Assembly (NCBI GenBank): GCA_944351415.1
Contig: CALVPQ010000006.1
Span: 1-61,544 of the forward strand
Direction: 5' to 3'
DNA: 61,544 bases
DNA from: an uncultured Clostridia bacterium
GTDB lineage: Bacteria > Bacillota > Clostridia > Christensenellales > UBA1242
Position 1 is the stretch's first letter. Every line of letters begins with the position of its first letter. The notes beneath the pieces were generated by a model that was given only the letters and a program-made list of their open reading frames with translations, did no database searches and was not told the DNA's origin. Of this stretch, positions 28,804-37,511 are shown piece by piece. The translations under genes and the position numbers were made by a program.

Positions 28804-29247
28804 TCAATTTTCATCTTTAATTTTTATTATTTCTCCCCTAGCCAAGGCATCACAACGATTATTAAACTCATTATCAGCATGCCCTTTAACTTTATGCCAA
28901 CTCACATTATGTAAATTTATAAGTTCTAATAGTTTTTGCCATAAATCAATGTTTAAAACCATTCCTTTAGATGTTCTCCACCCATTATTTTGCCAATTTT
29001 CTATCCAATTTTGTAAAAAAGCATTCACAACATAAGCTGAATCGCTATATATATCAACCTGACAAGGTTCTTTTAAAGCTTCAAGCCCTTTAATAACTGC
29101 AGTTAACTCCATACGATTATTGGTTGTTTGCGCCTCGCCGCCGGACAATTCTTTTTTTATTTCATTATAGATAAGTATAGCACCCCAACCACCCTTTCCA
29201 GGATTTCCAGAACATGCGCCATCAGTATACAATATAATGTGTTTCAT
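28804..29247 (-). CDS. rnhA: Ribonuclease HI
   Basis: YTDGACSGNPG, TTNNRMEL, SDS.YV, KVKGH...NNRCD. Confidence 0.97.
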   Translation of the reverse strand: MKHIILYTDGACSGNPGKGGWGAILIYNEIKKELSGGEAQTTNNRMELTAVIKGLEALKEPCQVDIYSDSAYVVNAFLQNWIENWQNNGWRTSKGMVLNIDLWQKLLELINLHNVSWHKVKGHADNEFNNRCDALARGEIIKIKDEN

Positions 29248-29652
29248 TTATTTCACCTTAAATTCTTCGCAAAGTTCTTCAAGTGTTTTTGCATTCTTTT
29301 CAAGTGTTGGAAAAACGTGCATATTGTCATTTCTCTTTCTAGGCAAAATATGAAAGTGAAGATGAAAAACACTTTGCTCTGCACTCTCTCCGCTAGCATT
29401 CAAAATGTTTATGCCTTCAAATCCACAATTGTTTATAAGATGATTGCCTAGCATTTTAACGGTTTTCATTATATGAGCTAAGGTTTCTTCATCACAATCA
29501 AGCACATTTTTGCAATGTTTTTTAGGAACAACGAGAATATGCCCATTTCCATCATTACTTATATCTAAAAAAGCATAAGTAAACTTATCCTCATAAAGTT
29601 TATAAGAAGGCATCTCGCCTTTTATTATTTTACAAAATAAACAATTATCCAT
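29248..29652 (-). CDS. HIT-family hydrolase
   Basis: CLFCKI and HLHFHI histidine triad. Confidence 0.93.
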   Translation of the reverse strand: MDNCLFCKIIKGEMPSYKLYEDKFTYAFLDISNDGNGHILVVPKKHCKNVLDCDEETLAHIMKTVKMLGNHLINNCGFEGINILNASGESAEQSVFHLHFHILPRKRNDNMHVFPTLEKNAKTLEELCEEFKVK

Positions 29653-29674
29653 AAATTCTCCTTTCTTAAACTTA

Positions 29675-30526
29675 TTATTTTTCTTCTAGTAAATACAAAA
29701 TTCCAAGAGTATTTTCCCCACAATGGCAAGAGATTGTTGAGCCAGCTACAGATGATACAACCTTATCAAATATGTTTTTATTCTTCACATACTCTACAAT
29801 TTCTTCAACAAATGCCAAGTCTTTACAAGTATGGGTAATAAAACATAAATCCTTTTTTATATTGCTATGAATTGAAAGCATATCATCAATATATTTGCAT
29901 ATAACACTATTGAATTTTCCCATGTATTTACCTGTGTTTTCAATTTTTCCGTCAATAAGTTCAAGTCTTGGCTTTATTTTAAGAAGATTAGCTCCAAATC
30001 TAGCCATAGCAGAGCATCTTCCACCTTTATAAAGAAAATCTAGTTTATCGACGACAAACGATGTTTGATTAAACTTAGCTTGTTCTTCAACAAGTTTACA
30101 AATTTCATCACAACTTTTCCCACTCCTAGCAAGCTCTGATGCATACAAAACTAAAAGTCCTATACCTGTTGACAATGATTTACTATCAATGATATGTAGT
30201 CTATTGTTATTAAGCTCTTCCTTCGCTTGTATTGCATAGTTATATGCAGATGAAAGCTTACTTGAAATTCCCATATATATAACTTCATCACCATCTTTAA
30301 GTAAATTAGAAAAAAATGCCTTAAATTCTTCAATACTTCTTGCTGCAGTCTTAGGTAGCTGACCTGTTTTTTCTACGTAACTAAATATATCTTTTGGAGT
30401 TATATCTACACCATCTAGATATTCTTTATCATCAAGTATGATTGACAATGGAAAAACAAAAATATTATTTTCTTCAATTTGGTCCTTATTTATATCAACA
30501 CAACTATCTGAACAAATTTTAATCAT
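29675..30526 (-). CDS. DegV/FakB fatty-acid-binding protein
   Basis: PKTA, ISSKLS, IDSKSLS.G, LYKGGR, I..H.G. Confidence 0.92.
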   Translation of the reverse strand: MIKICSDSCVDINKDQIEENNIFVFPLSIILDDKEYLDGVDITPKDIFSYVEKTGQLPKTAARSIEEFKAFFSNLLKDGDEVIYMGISSKLSSAYNYAIQAKEELNNNRLHIIDSKSLSTGIGLLVLYASELARSGKSCDEICKLVEEQAKFNQTSFVVDKLDFLYKGGRCSAMARFGANLLKIKPRLELIDGKIENTGKYMGKFNSVICKYIDDMLSIHSNIKKDLCFITHTCKDLAFVEEIVEYVKNKNIFDKVVSSVAGSTISCHCGENTLGILYLLEEK

Positions 30527-30665
30527 ATTATCCCCTTTGCTTTATATATTTTAATTATAATGATTTATTAAATTTTATCAAACTTATTTTTAACAAAAGT
30601 AAAATATTTTTTGCATAGAAGAATATTATTAATATTTCTACACACAATATCTACGGAGGTTGAAA

Positions 30666-30827
30666 ATGAGTAAACAATGGAAACCTGGTGAACAAGCACC
30701 AAAATCTGGCAACTATTCTTGCTATGACAAAAATGGCAGATGTGGCGGAAGTTGTTACCTTGAAAAAGGTCAACGTTTCCCTGCAACACAAAATTCTGGT
30801 TCTCATTATGAAATGGACGAAGAATAA
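30666..30827 (+). CDS. YjzC-family small protein, 53 aa (not in ORF track)
   Basis: GGAGG RBS; MSKQWKPGEQAPKSGNY...GG...LEKGQRFPAT matches YjzC-like KPG..AP..G.Y and G.RFP.T; promoter upstream and terminator downstream. Confidence 0.85.
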   Translation: MSKQWKPGEQAPKSGNYSCYDKNGRCGGSCYLEKGQRFPATQNSGSHYEMDEE

Positions 30828-30839
30828 ATAGTTGTCTTT

Positions 30840-30870
30840 AAAAAACTGTGAGTTTTTTCACAGTTTTTTT
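30840..30870 (+). terminator. Intrinsic terminator
   Basis: AAAAAACTGTGA-gtttt-TCACAGTTTTTTT. Confidence 0.85.
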
Positions 30871-30989
30871 ATTTAAAAAATTTTTTGGGTGGCAGTCAAA
30901 ATAATTTTTTTAAATAATCAAAATAGAAATAAATTTATAAAAACTTAGGCGGCAGTCTTATATTAAAATAAATTTTTAACCTTTTTTTC

Positions 30990-31018
30990 TTGACAACACC
31001 TTCTTTTCATGTTATCTT
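30990..31018 (+). promoter_or_regulatory. sigmaA promoter of tRNA-Ser
   Basis: TTGACA-N17-TATCTT with an extended TG. Confidence 0.75.
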
Positions 31019-31026
31019 AAAGTTAT

Positions 31027-31114
31027 GCAGAGATGGCCGAGCGGTTTAAGGCGCACGCTTGGAAAGCGTGTAAGGTTCATACCTTCGCAGGTTCGAATCC
31101 TGTTCTCTGCGCCA
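31027..31114 (+). tRNA. tRNA-Ser(GGA)
   Basis: Acceptor GCAGAGA/TCTCTGC, anticodon arm CACGC-TTGGAAA-GCGTG, long variable arm, GTTCGAATC T-loop, encoded GCCA end. Confidence 0.97.
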
Positions 31115-31400
31115 ATTATAAAATATACTATATTTAGTATTATTTATGCATATTATACTCTCTATTTAGCTTATTAAAAATTTTTAGGAACATTTTTAAA
31201 AAGAAGATAACAAAAATCCGCCAGTGAATTTGGTGGATTTTTATTAAAACTTTCTCCTACTTACTATTTTAACAGTTATTATTTCTCTGCCAAATCGACC
31301 AACTTGGAATATAGCTATACTTGACAAAATAACACAAACGGAAGATAAAAAACCTTCCATACACCCAACAAAATGATTGACACTATTATAAAAATTTTGT

Positions 31401-32024
31401 TTATTTTTTCAAGTTTATTATTGATTTTTGAAAATCATTATATTTTGGTCTTTTAAAGTAAACAAAATTATCCCTGAATTTTCTTCGCCAAGAGAAATTT
31501 CGTCTTCTTTTTGGATACCCAATTGCAAGAGAAGAAACAAGTTCTAAATTTTTACCTTTCATCATATCACAAACTTCTTTCTCAATTGAATAGACGTCCC
31601 TTATACAAAGAGAAGAAAGCCCAAGGTCTGTTGCACATAGACACATATTTTCTATACACCCACCAATCGAGAGATTATCAGCTATAGCCCAAGGCTCATT
31701 TGTTTCTTTAAAGATAAGAATTAAAACAGGAGCTTCGGAAATAACTCTCATAGAATTTTTAACAGAACTAGCGGTATTCCAAACTTTTCTTTCATAATTT
31801 TTAAGTTCTTCAAAAGTTTCCTTGGAAATCTTTTCTTTCATAAAAGAGACAATTTTATCTTTTGTCTCACCTTTTGCAATTGCAAATCTCCAAGGCTGAC
31901 GATTTTTTGCAGAAGGAGCAGTTATACCCATTTCAAGAATCTCTAAAATAAGATTATCGTCCACATCTTCTTTTCTGAATGAACGACAACTATATCTATT
32001 TGTTACACATTTTTTCATTTCCAT
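31401..32024 (-). CDS. Nitroreductase family protein
   Basis: RYSCRSF, APSAKNRQPWRF, A...GL.S, IGYP. Confidence 0.92.
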   Translation of the reverse strand: MEMKKCVTNRYSCRSFRKEDVDDNLILEILEMGITAPSAKNRQPWRFAIAKGETKDKIVSFMKEKISKETFEELKNYERKVWNTASSVKNSMRVISEAPVLILIFKETNEPWAIADNLSIGGCIENMCLCATDLGLSSLCIRDVYSIEKEVCDMMKGKNLELVSSLAIGYPKRRRNFSWRRKFRDNFVYFKRPKYNDFQKSIINLKK

Positions 32025-32225
32025 AAAATGATGATAAAACATTTAGAGAAATCAAGTCAAGAAAATAAAGGTTATTCTTTATTTTTCTACACAAAGTTTT
32101 ATCACGTGCTTAAACAAACAGTCAACCAAAATCATCAAAAAACATGATTAATTAATTGCTAATAAAAAATAGTAGAAACAATTTGTTCCACTATTTTTTC
32201 TGCTAGTTTTAAATAAACTTATTTT

Positions 32226-32453
32226 TTAAACATTCCTATATAAAGCATTTGTAAGAACTATTCCACCATCTATAGCAGCTGAAATAATTAACCATATCGT
32301 TGCAATTAATACTAAGATATAAATAATTCTTTCAATTATCTTATGCCCCATACTTATCCATGCCACTAAGTTGAAATTAAAAAGTCCAACAAGCCCCCAA
32401 TTAAGTCCACCTAGTAGCAAAATAATGAAAGCTATATAATTTGCTATAATCAT
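32226..32453 (-). CDS. DUF378 (YuzA-like) membrane protein
   Basis: GGLNWGLVGLFNFNLV...RIIYILV; AGGAGG RBS. Confidence 0.9.
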   Translation of the reverse strand: MIIANYIAFIILLLGGLNWGLVGLFNFNLVAWISMGHKIIERIIYILVLIATIWLIISAAIDGGIVLTNALYRNV

Positions 32454-32530
32454 TTTTTACCTCCTACTCTTATGTTGGCTTTTTTTATGAATTTTATACT
32501 TGTTAATAAAAACTCATTTGATAAATTTTG

Positions 32531-32645
32531 ATAATGAGGGCTGCAAAAAACTTTTAGCATTTTGCTAAAAGTAGAAAAAAAAAGCGAAGCTTTTTTGTGC
32601 AAACTCTTGTTAAAGAGTTTGTTTTTGCAGCCCCGCCATTATAAT
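32531..32645. repeat. Multi-hairpin four-way-junction element (copy 2) just downstream of mnmA
   Basis: GGGCTGCAAAAA/TTTTTGCAGCCC closing stem around three perfect hairpins; flanked by ATAAT direct repeats. Confidence 0.75.
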
Positions 32646-32649
32646 AAAT

Positions 32650-33744
32650 CTAACTTATTTTATTTCCATCTTTATCAAAGCTTTCATCAATTGTTCCGCC
32701 ACCTAGACAAATACCATCTTCGGTATATAGAACAACATATTGACCAGGAGTTATTGCTCGTTGACTTTCAGCAAAATCAACTCTAATATGGTCTTTATCT
32801 AAAATTTTAACTCTAACCTTTTGGTCAGGTTGACGATACCTAAATTTAGCAAAGCAATCAAATTCATCTTCTGCTGGAATTTCTGGTATCCAGTTCATAC
32901 CACTCGCAAGTAGATAGTCACTATAAAGCAATTTATCCTCGCCTTGAGAAACATAAAGGATATTTTTTTCTAAATCCTTTTTTATAACAAACCATCGTTC
33001 CCCATTTCCATCTTTTTTACCGCCAATATTAAGACCACGTCTTTGCCCTAAAGTGTAATACATAAGACCATCATGTTTTCCAACAACATTTCCATGCAGG
33101 TCTACTATATCCCCAGGTTTTGCAGGCAAATATTCTTGTAAAAATTTTTTGAAGTTTCGCTCTCCAATAAAACAAATTCCTGTGCTATCCTTTTTATCAG
33201 CATTAACTAGAGACAATTTATGTGCAATTTCTCTTACTTTAGGTTTATCAATATCTTCAAGTGGAAAGATAACACTTGCAAGTTGGTCTTGCCTTAATTG
33301 ATTTAAAAAATATGACTGGTCTTTATTTAAGTCTGATGCTTTTGCTAGATAAAATTTCCCATCTTTTTCAATCTTTTTTGCATAGTGACCTGTTGCAATC
33401 ATTTCAGCCCCAAGCTTTTTTGCTTGTTCAAGAAAGGGTCCAAACTTAACTTCTCTGTTACACAGAACATCAGGATTAGGTGTTCTTCCTTTTTTATACT
33501 CACTAAGAAAATATTCAAAAACTCTTGTATAATACTCTTTTGAGTAGTTAACAGAAAAATATGGAATCCCTATTTTATTACAAACTCTTTTAACATCTTC
33601 AAAATCTTCCTCGGCTGTGCAAGCTCCATCTTTTTCTTCCCAATTAACCATAAAAAGGCCTATAACATCATGCCCCTGTTCTTTTAAAAGATACGCTGCA
33701 ACTGAAGAGTCAACTCCTCCACTTATTCCAACAACAATTCTCAT
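32650..33744 (-). CDS. mnmA: tRNA 2-thiouridylase MnmA
   Basis: SGGVDSS, TPNPD..CN, ATGHY, KDQSYFL, DSTGICF, TPGQ. Confidence 0.98.
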   Translation of the reverse strand: MRIVVGISGGVDSSVAAYLLKEQGHDVIGLFMVNWEEKDGACTAEEDFEDVKRVCNKIGIPYFSVNYSKEYYTRVFEYFLSEYKKGRTPNPDVLCNREVKFGPFLEQAKKLGAEMIATGHYAKKIEKDGKFYLAKASDLNKDQSYFLNQLRQDQLASVIFPLEDIDKPKVREIAHKLSLVNADKKDSTGICFIGERNFKKFLQEYLPAKPGDIVDLHGNVVGKHDGLMYYTLGQRRGLNIGGKKDGNGERWFVIKKDLEKNILYVSQGEDKLLYSDYLLASGMNWIPEIPAEDEFDCFAKFRYRQPDQKVRVKILDKDHIRVDFAESQRAITPGQYVVLYTEDGICLGGGTIDESFDKDGNKIS

Positions 33745-34499
33745 CTGTTTTCTCCACTATTAGTTTTATTTTTATCTTCGGCTTTTGATTTAGCAACTCT
33801 TTTATTATCAACTTCTTTGTTTGCGCTTTTACATTCTCTCTCTTGTTCTATTAAGTTTTTTCCTTCTTGAATCAAAAGTTCAATGCTATCAATATCAATT
33901 TTATCTTCTATTTGTTTTGTTTTGCTAACCCTATCATTCTCATCGCTACTTTTTAAAGATGGTATTATTTCTTTACTATTTTCATTTTGTTCCTTGGCAG
34001 AGTTGTTGATTTGTTCTATATCTAAATCTATTGCCACAGGAACTTTAAATTTTTTAAATAAAATCATAAATATATCCCAAACCCATGTAAACAATAGAAT
34101 AAGACCACACACCGTTGATAACACTCCAAGCAGTGCCCCATCGTTTATTGCAGCCACCTGGGAATTAAAAACTGTTAAAAGAATAATTGCTACAAAATCT
34201 GCTAGAGTTATTGCTCCACGTAAATACCTGCCCACATAAAAACAATGAACTCCAAAAATTCCCAAAAATATGGAGTAAAGCAGAAGTTTTATAAAACTTA
34301 CATCACTTGGCAAAGTTGATGAGCGAATAATAAAGTCTCTATCGTGACGTAGTATTTTATTTTTAGCTTCCCTATTTGTTGCGATTTTTAGGCGTGAAAA
34401 AGATAGTCCACAATCTGGGCAGACATCAATACTTTTAAGGCATTTTAACCCACATCTTGGACAATATTGATATTCATTTATTGCACGCTTCCATTTCAT
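33741..34499 (-). CDS. Zn-ribbon plus TM2-domain membrane protein
   Basis: CPRC...CPDC; [15 protein letters not shown]2 motif; ATGA overlap with mnmA. Confidence 0.75.
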   Translation of the reverse strand: MKWKRAINEYQYCPRCGLKCLKSIDVCPDCGLSFSRLKIATNREAKNKILRHDRDFIIRSSTLPSDVSFIKLLLYSIFLGIFGVHCFYVGRYLRGAITLADFVAIILLTVFNSQVAAINDGALLGVLSTVCGLILLFTWVWDIFMILFKKFKVPVAIDLDIEQINNSAKEQNENSKEIIPSLKSSDENDRVSKTKQIEDKIDIDSIELLIQEGKNLIEQERECKSANKEVDNKRVAKSKAEDKNKTNSGENR

Positions 34500-34560
34500 G
34501 CAAAAAATATACCACTAAAAGCTTTAATTTGTCAAGTAACAGGTAGATTTTATAGAAAAA

Positions 34561-35961
34561 CTATGATTTTACAAGTTTTTCTTTAGTATTACTGTAGTAG
34601 ATATATCCTGCTCTATCACTAGGATTGCTTCGTAGGTTATCTTGAAAATAGGTAATTGCCTGATTAAAATTGCCGTTATTATAATTGATAATACCACGTT
34701 CAAAAATTCCCTTATTCCTAACAAATCTCTCCGCTTCGTTTTTAGGATATACATTTAAGTTTTCAAATAACATTATCTCTTGTTTAGCAAAGTTATTTAC
34801 AGAGCCTAAATAGCGATATGCAAGTTTATAATTAACAGGCAGATTATCCAAAACTGACTTTGTGAAAATTATTTTTGTATGCATAAATTCTGCAATCTTA
34901 TCAACTCTTTCTAGAATTTCAATTTCATCAGAAATAATAATAGGTTTTTTATTTTCTTCCATTCCCATAACTTTATAAGTAACACTAGAAGTAAAAATTG
35001 ATATTCTTTCTAATAGATTCTGCCCACCCTTACTCGTCCGATTTTTTATTTTTATAGTTCGTGAAATAATTAATGAGCACTCTATTGCATCTTCAGCCCT
35101 GGCAAATACTGCAACTAAACCATTTTCATTATACTTTTCTACATAACCTGAAAAACGTTTTACAAGCGGAGTTATATCTTTATAATATGATTTTATTAAA
35201 TCAAAATCAGCTTGCAAAGATTTATCACTTCCATTATAAGATAAATGAGCATATAGCAAGGTTACCTGTTTAGTTATGGATCTGCCAAGCTCAAGCTCTA
35301 CTATATTATTTCTACCTATAATTTTCACAAGTTGTTTTAAAGAATCCTTTCTTTTTAATTTTGATACTTTTAATGAGTTATCTTTTTCTTTATAATTATT
35401 ATTGATTTTATTAAGACCATGTTCAATTGTTTTAAATTGTCTGCCACCACCTATAGTCAAATTTTCTTCTTTAATCTTGCCATCTCCCAAGCGTGCAACA
35501 ACTTTTTCCACTCTATTTATAGGACGGCAAATTACAAAATAATTAAGTGATAATAAAGCTATGAAAATAAGAGTGATAAGTATTGCCCATAAAATTGTGT
35601 TATAGGCATTATCGGTTGATAAATTTAAAAGAGATTGCACGGATTTTGCAAAATCATTTTCTATGTTTGATAAATCAGCTATTAAGAAAATTATTGCCCC
35701 ATAAATAACTATAAGAGGAATACTTGAAAAAAATAATAATTGTTCAAACTTCAAATTAGATAAAAATTTTGTATATAAGATGCTACCTAAAATAACTGAA
35801 ATTGCAGTCAAACAAAGTGCTATAATGCCCTTTGTGTCAAAATCAAATACAAAACCATTATTGGTAGCTTTTATCCCTGACAGGATTGAACCACCAAGCA
35901 CTAAAGATGGAACTGTTACAAGCACAAATAATACAATAAGAAACTTTGTTGACTTTTTCAT
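34561..35961 (-). CDS. Membrane HAMP plus degenerate class III adenylate/guanylate cyclase plus TPR protein
   Basis: 4 TMs, HAMP-like RPI..V......G......, cyclase-like VTLLYAHL / IT.LV.RF.G.VEKY / YRYLG.V / .LFE, and a C-terminal TPR-like helix pair. Confidence 0.7.
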   Translation of the reverse strand: MKKSTKFLIVLFVLVTVPSLVLGGSILSGIKATNNGFVFDFDTKGIIALCLTAISVILGSILYTKFLSNLKFEQLLFFSSIPLIVIYGAIIFLIADLSNIENDFAKSVQSLLNLSTDNAYNTILWAILITLIFIALLSLNYFVICRPINRVEKVVARLGDGKIKEENLTIGGGRQFKTIEHGLNKINNNYKEKDNSLKVSKLKRKDSLKQLVKIIGRNNIVELELGRSITKQVTLLYAHLSYNGSDKSLQADFDLIKSYYKDITPLVKRFSGYVEKYNENGLVAVFARAEDAIECSLIISRTIKIKNRTSKGGQNLLERISIFTSSVTYKVMGMEENKKPIIISDEIEILERVDKIAEFMHTKIIFTKSVLDNLPVNYKLAYRYLGSVNNFAKQEIMLFENLNVYPKNEAERFVRNKGIFERGIINYNNGNFNQAITYFQDNLRSNPSDRAGYIYYSNTKEKLVKS

Positions 35962-36045
35962 ACTGATATTGTTTGCAAAGAGAAAAAATGTATTCATACT
36001 TGAATAAAATTTTAAATATTACACAAACAATAATAGGAGGATAAA

Positions 36046-36489
36046 ATGGACAATAAAGAAAAATTAACAGAATATATAAATGCAATCTATCAAAATATTA
36101 GAACTGCCGTTCAATCTATTGAAGATATTTTGCCTAAGGTAAAAGATGCAAATCTTCAAAAAGAGCTGGCAAGTGAAGAAGATAAATATCTTGCACTTGA
36201 AAAAGAATGTGAACTTCTTGCTAAGGCTGAAAAAATCGAAGGCATAAAAGATAATAACTGGTTTGAAAAGGCTAGATTGTGGAGCTCTATCAATATGTCT
36301 ACTATGACTGATAAGACAACTAGACATATTGCAGAACTAATGTTAATTGGCACATTTATGGGATATATAACCTGCATAAAAGACCAAGCAGACCATCAGG
36401 GACTATCAAATGAACTTGATGAAATATTGACAAATTTGAAAGAATTAGAACACAAAAATATAGATGCTCTTATTCCTTTTCTTGTTTAA
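36046..36489 (+). CDS. Hypothetical four-helix (ferritin-like) protein, probably sporulation-associated
   Basis: AGGAGG RBS; GAATA...ACAAACAATA forespore-type promoter; INM.T..DKT..HIAELM..GT.MG. Confidence 0.7.
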   Translation: MDNKEKLTEYINAIYQNIRTAVQSIEDILPKVKDANLQKELASEEDKYLALEKECELLAKAEKIEGIKDNNWFEKARLWSSINMSTMTDKTTRHIAELMLIGTFMGYITCIKDQADHQGLSNELDEILTNLKELEHKNIDALIPFLV

Positions 36490-37342
36490 GAATTTTCTCA
36501 AGTGAAGTATTGACAGGATACTTTAGGCTAAGTTTTTTAACTTGACCTTCATCTAAAAAAATCACCTTATCACCTTTTAATGTCACCACAAAAATAGTCA
36601 TTTTATTTATTTCAATATGTCGTAATAATTTCAAAATTGTTGTATTGCAATCTACTGTTAAAAATATAGGCTTAGAAAAGTTTTTATTTTGCTTTTTAAA
36701 AAGTGCTATTGGTTGATATTTAGATTCATATTTGCTATCTATTATTCCCATAATTAAAAAACAACCAAAAAGGCATAAGCTTGGATTAAAATCTATAAAG
36801 CATGAAATGAAAAATAAAAGTAACATTATAAAAGAAAAAATAAAATTAAAAATACTAGTCAGTTTTACTGCCCTTTCCCTTGAAATATAATTTTGAAGTA
36901 AACCAACCATAATTCTTCCACCATCAAGTGGATAACATGGAAGTAAATTAAAAAGACCTAGCATAGTAGATTGCATAACGAAGGAATGAGAATAATTATA
37001 TATATCTGGAGCAATCCACCATAGTGAAACAATAACTAAGCTTAAACATAAATTGACAGCTGGACCTGCTAAAGCAATTAAAACTTCATCTTTGCTATCA
37101 AAAGCTCTTTCCTTGTAATTTAAACTCACACCATAAGGTGCAATAAAGAAACTATCCAATTTATACCCTAATTTTTTAGCCACAATATAATGACCAAATT
37201 CATGAGTTAAAATAACGATTGCAAATATAAAAAAAGCAGATATGTTTTTTGTTAAAACAAACCATAGAAAAAATAAAACAAACGTTGGGTGAATAGGCAC
37301 TTTTTTTAGGCTCTGTTTTGTTTTTAAAAACCAAGAGCCCAC
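36470..37342 (-). CDS. spoIVFB: M50 intramembrane metalloprotease, SpoIVFB-like
   Basis: IHP.F, HEFGH, LAGPAVN, FNLLPCYPLDGG; sigmaE-like promoter upstream. Confidence 0.8.
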   Translation of the reverse strand: MGSWFLKTKQSLKKVPIHPTFVLFFLWFVLTKNISAFFIFAIVILTHEFGHYIVAKKLGYKLDSFFIAPYGVSLNYKERAFDSKDEVLIALAGPAVNLCLSLVIVSLWWIAPDIYNYSHSFVMQSTMLGLFNLLPCYPLDGGRIMVGLLQNYISRERAVKLTSIFNFIFSFIMLLLFFISCFIDFNPSLCLFGCFLIMGIIDSKYESKYQPIALFKKQNKNFSKPIFLTVDCNTTILKLLRHIEINKMTIFVVTLKGDKVIFLDEGQVKKLSLKYPVNTSLEKILKQEKE

Positions 37343-37470
37343 AATACACCTAAAATAATTTCACATATAAATAAAGTTAAGAATAAAAGTTTAAGAACTT
37401 TAGCTTTATTAAATCTAAACTTAACTTTCGTGTAATTATACCTTTCACCATAACTTTTTAAACTTCTCAT
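37324..37470 (-). CDS. Small single-TM protein, 48 aa (not in ORF track), upstream of spoIVFB
   Basis: MRSLKSYGERYNYTKVKFRFNKAKVLKLLFLTLFICEIILGVLWALGF*; overlaps the spoIVFB start; CATAAATT 5 nt upstream of the ATG. Confidence 0.6.
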   Translation of the reverse strand: MRSLKSYGERYNYTKVKFRFNKAKVLKLLFLTLFICEIILGVLWALGF

Positions 37471-37511
37471 GTTTTAATTTATGTTTGTTTCTATCTAATA
37501 ATTCTTAATTT

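Noticed and set aside
30568-30789. 73-aa minus-strand ORF
   Set aside because: Antisense to the YjzC-like gene, which has an RBS, promoter and terminator
31283-31293. TTCTCTGC-CAA echoing the tRNA-Ser 3' end (possible att scar)
   Set aside because: Only about 8 nt match and there is no integrase or cargo, so chance is likely
32562-32786. 74-aa plus-strand ORF
   Set aside because: Starts within the hairpin element and runs antisense to mnmA
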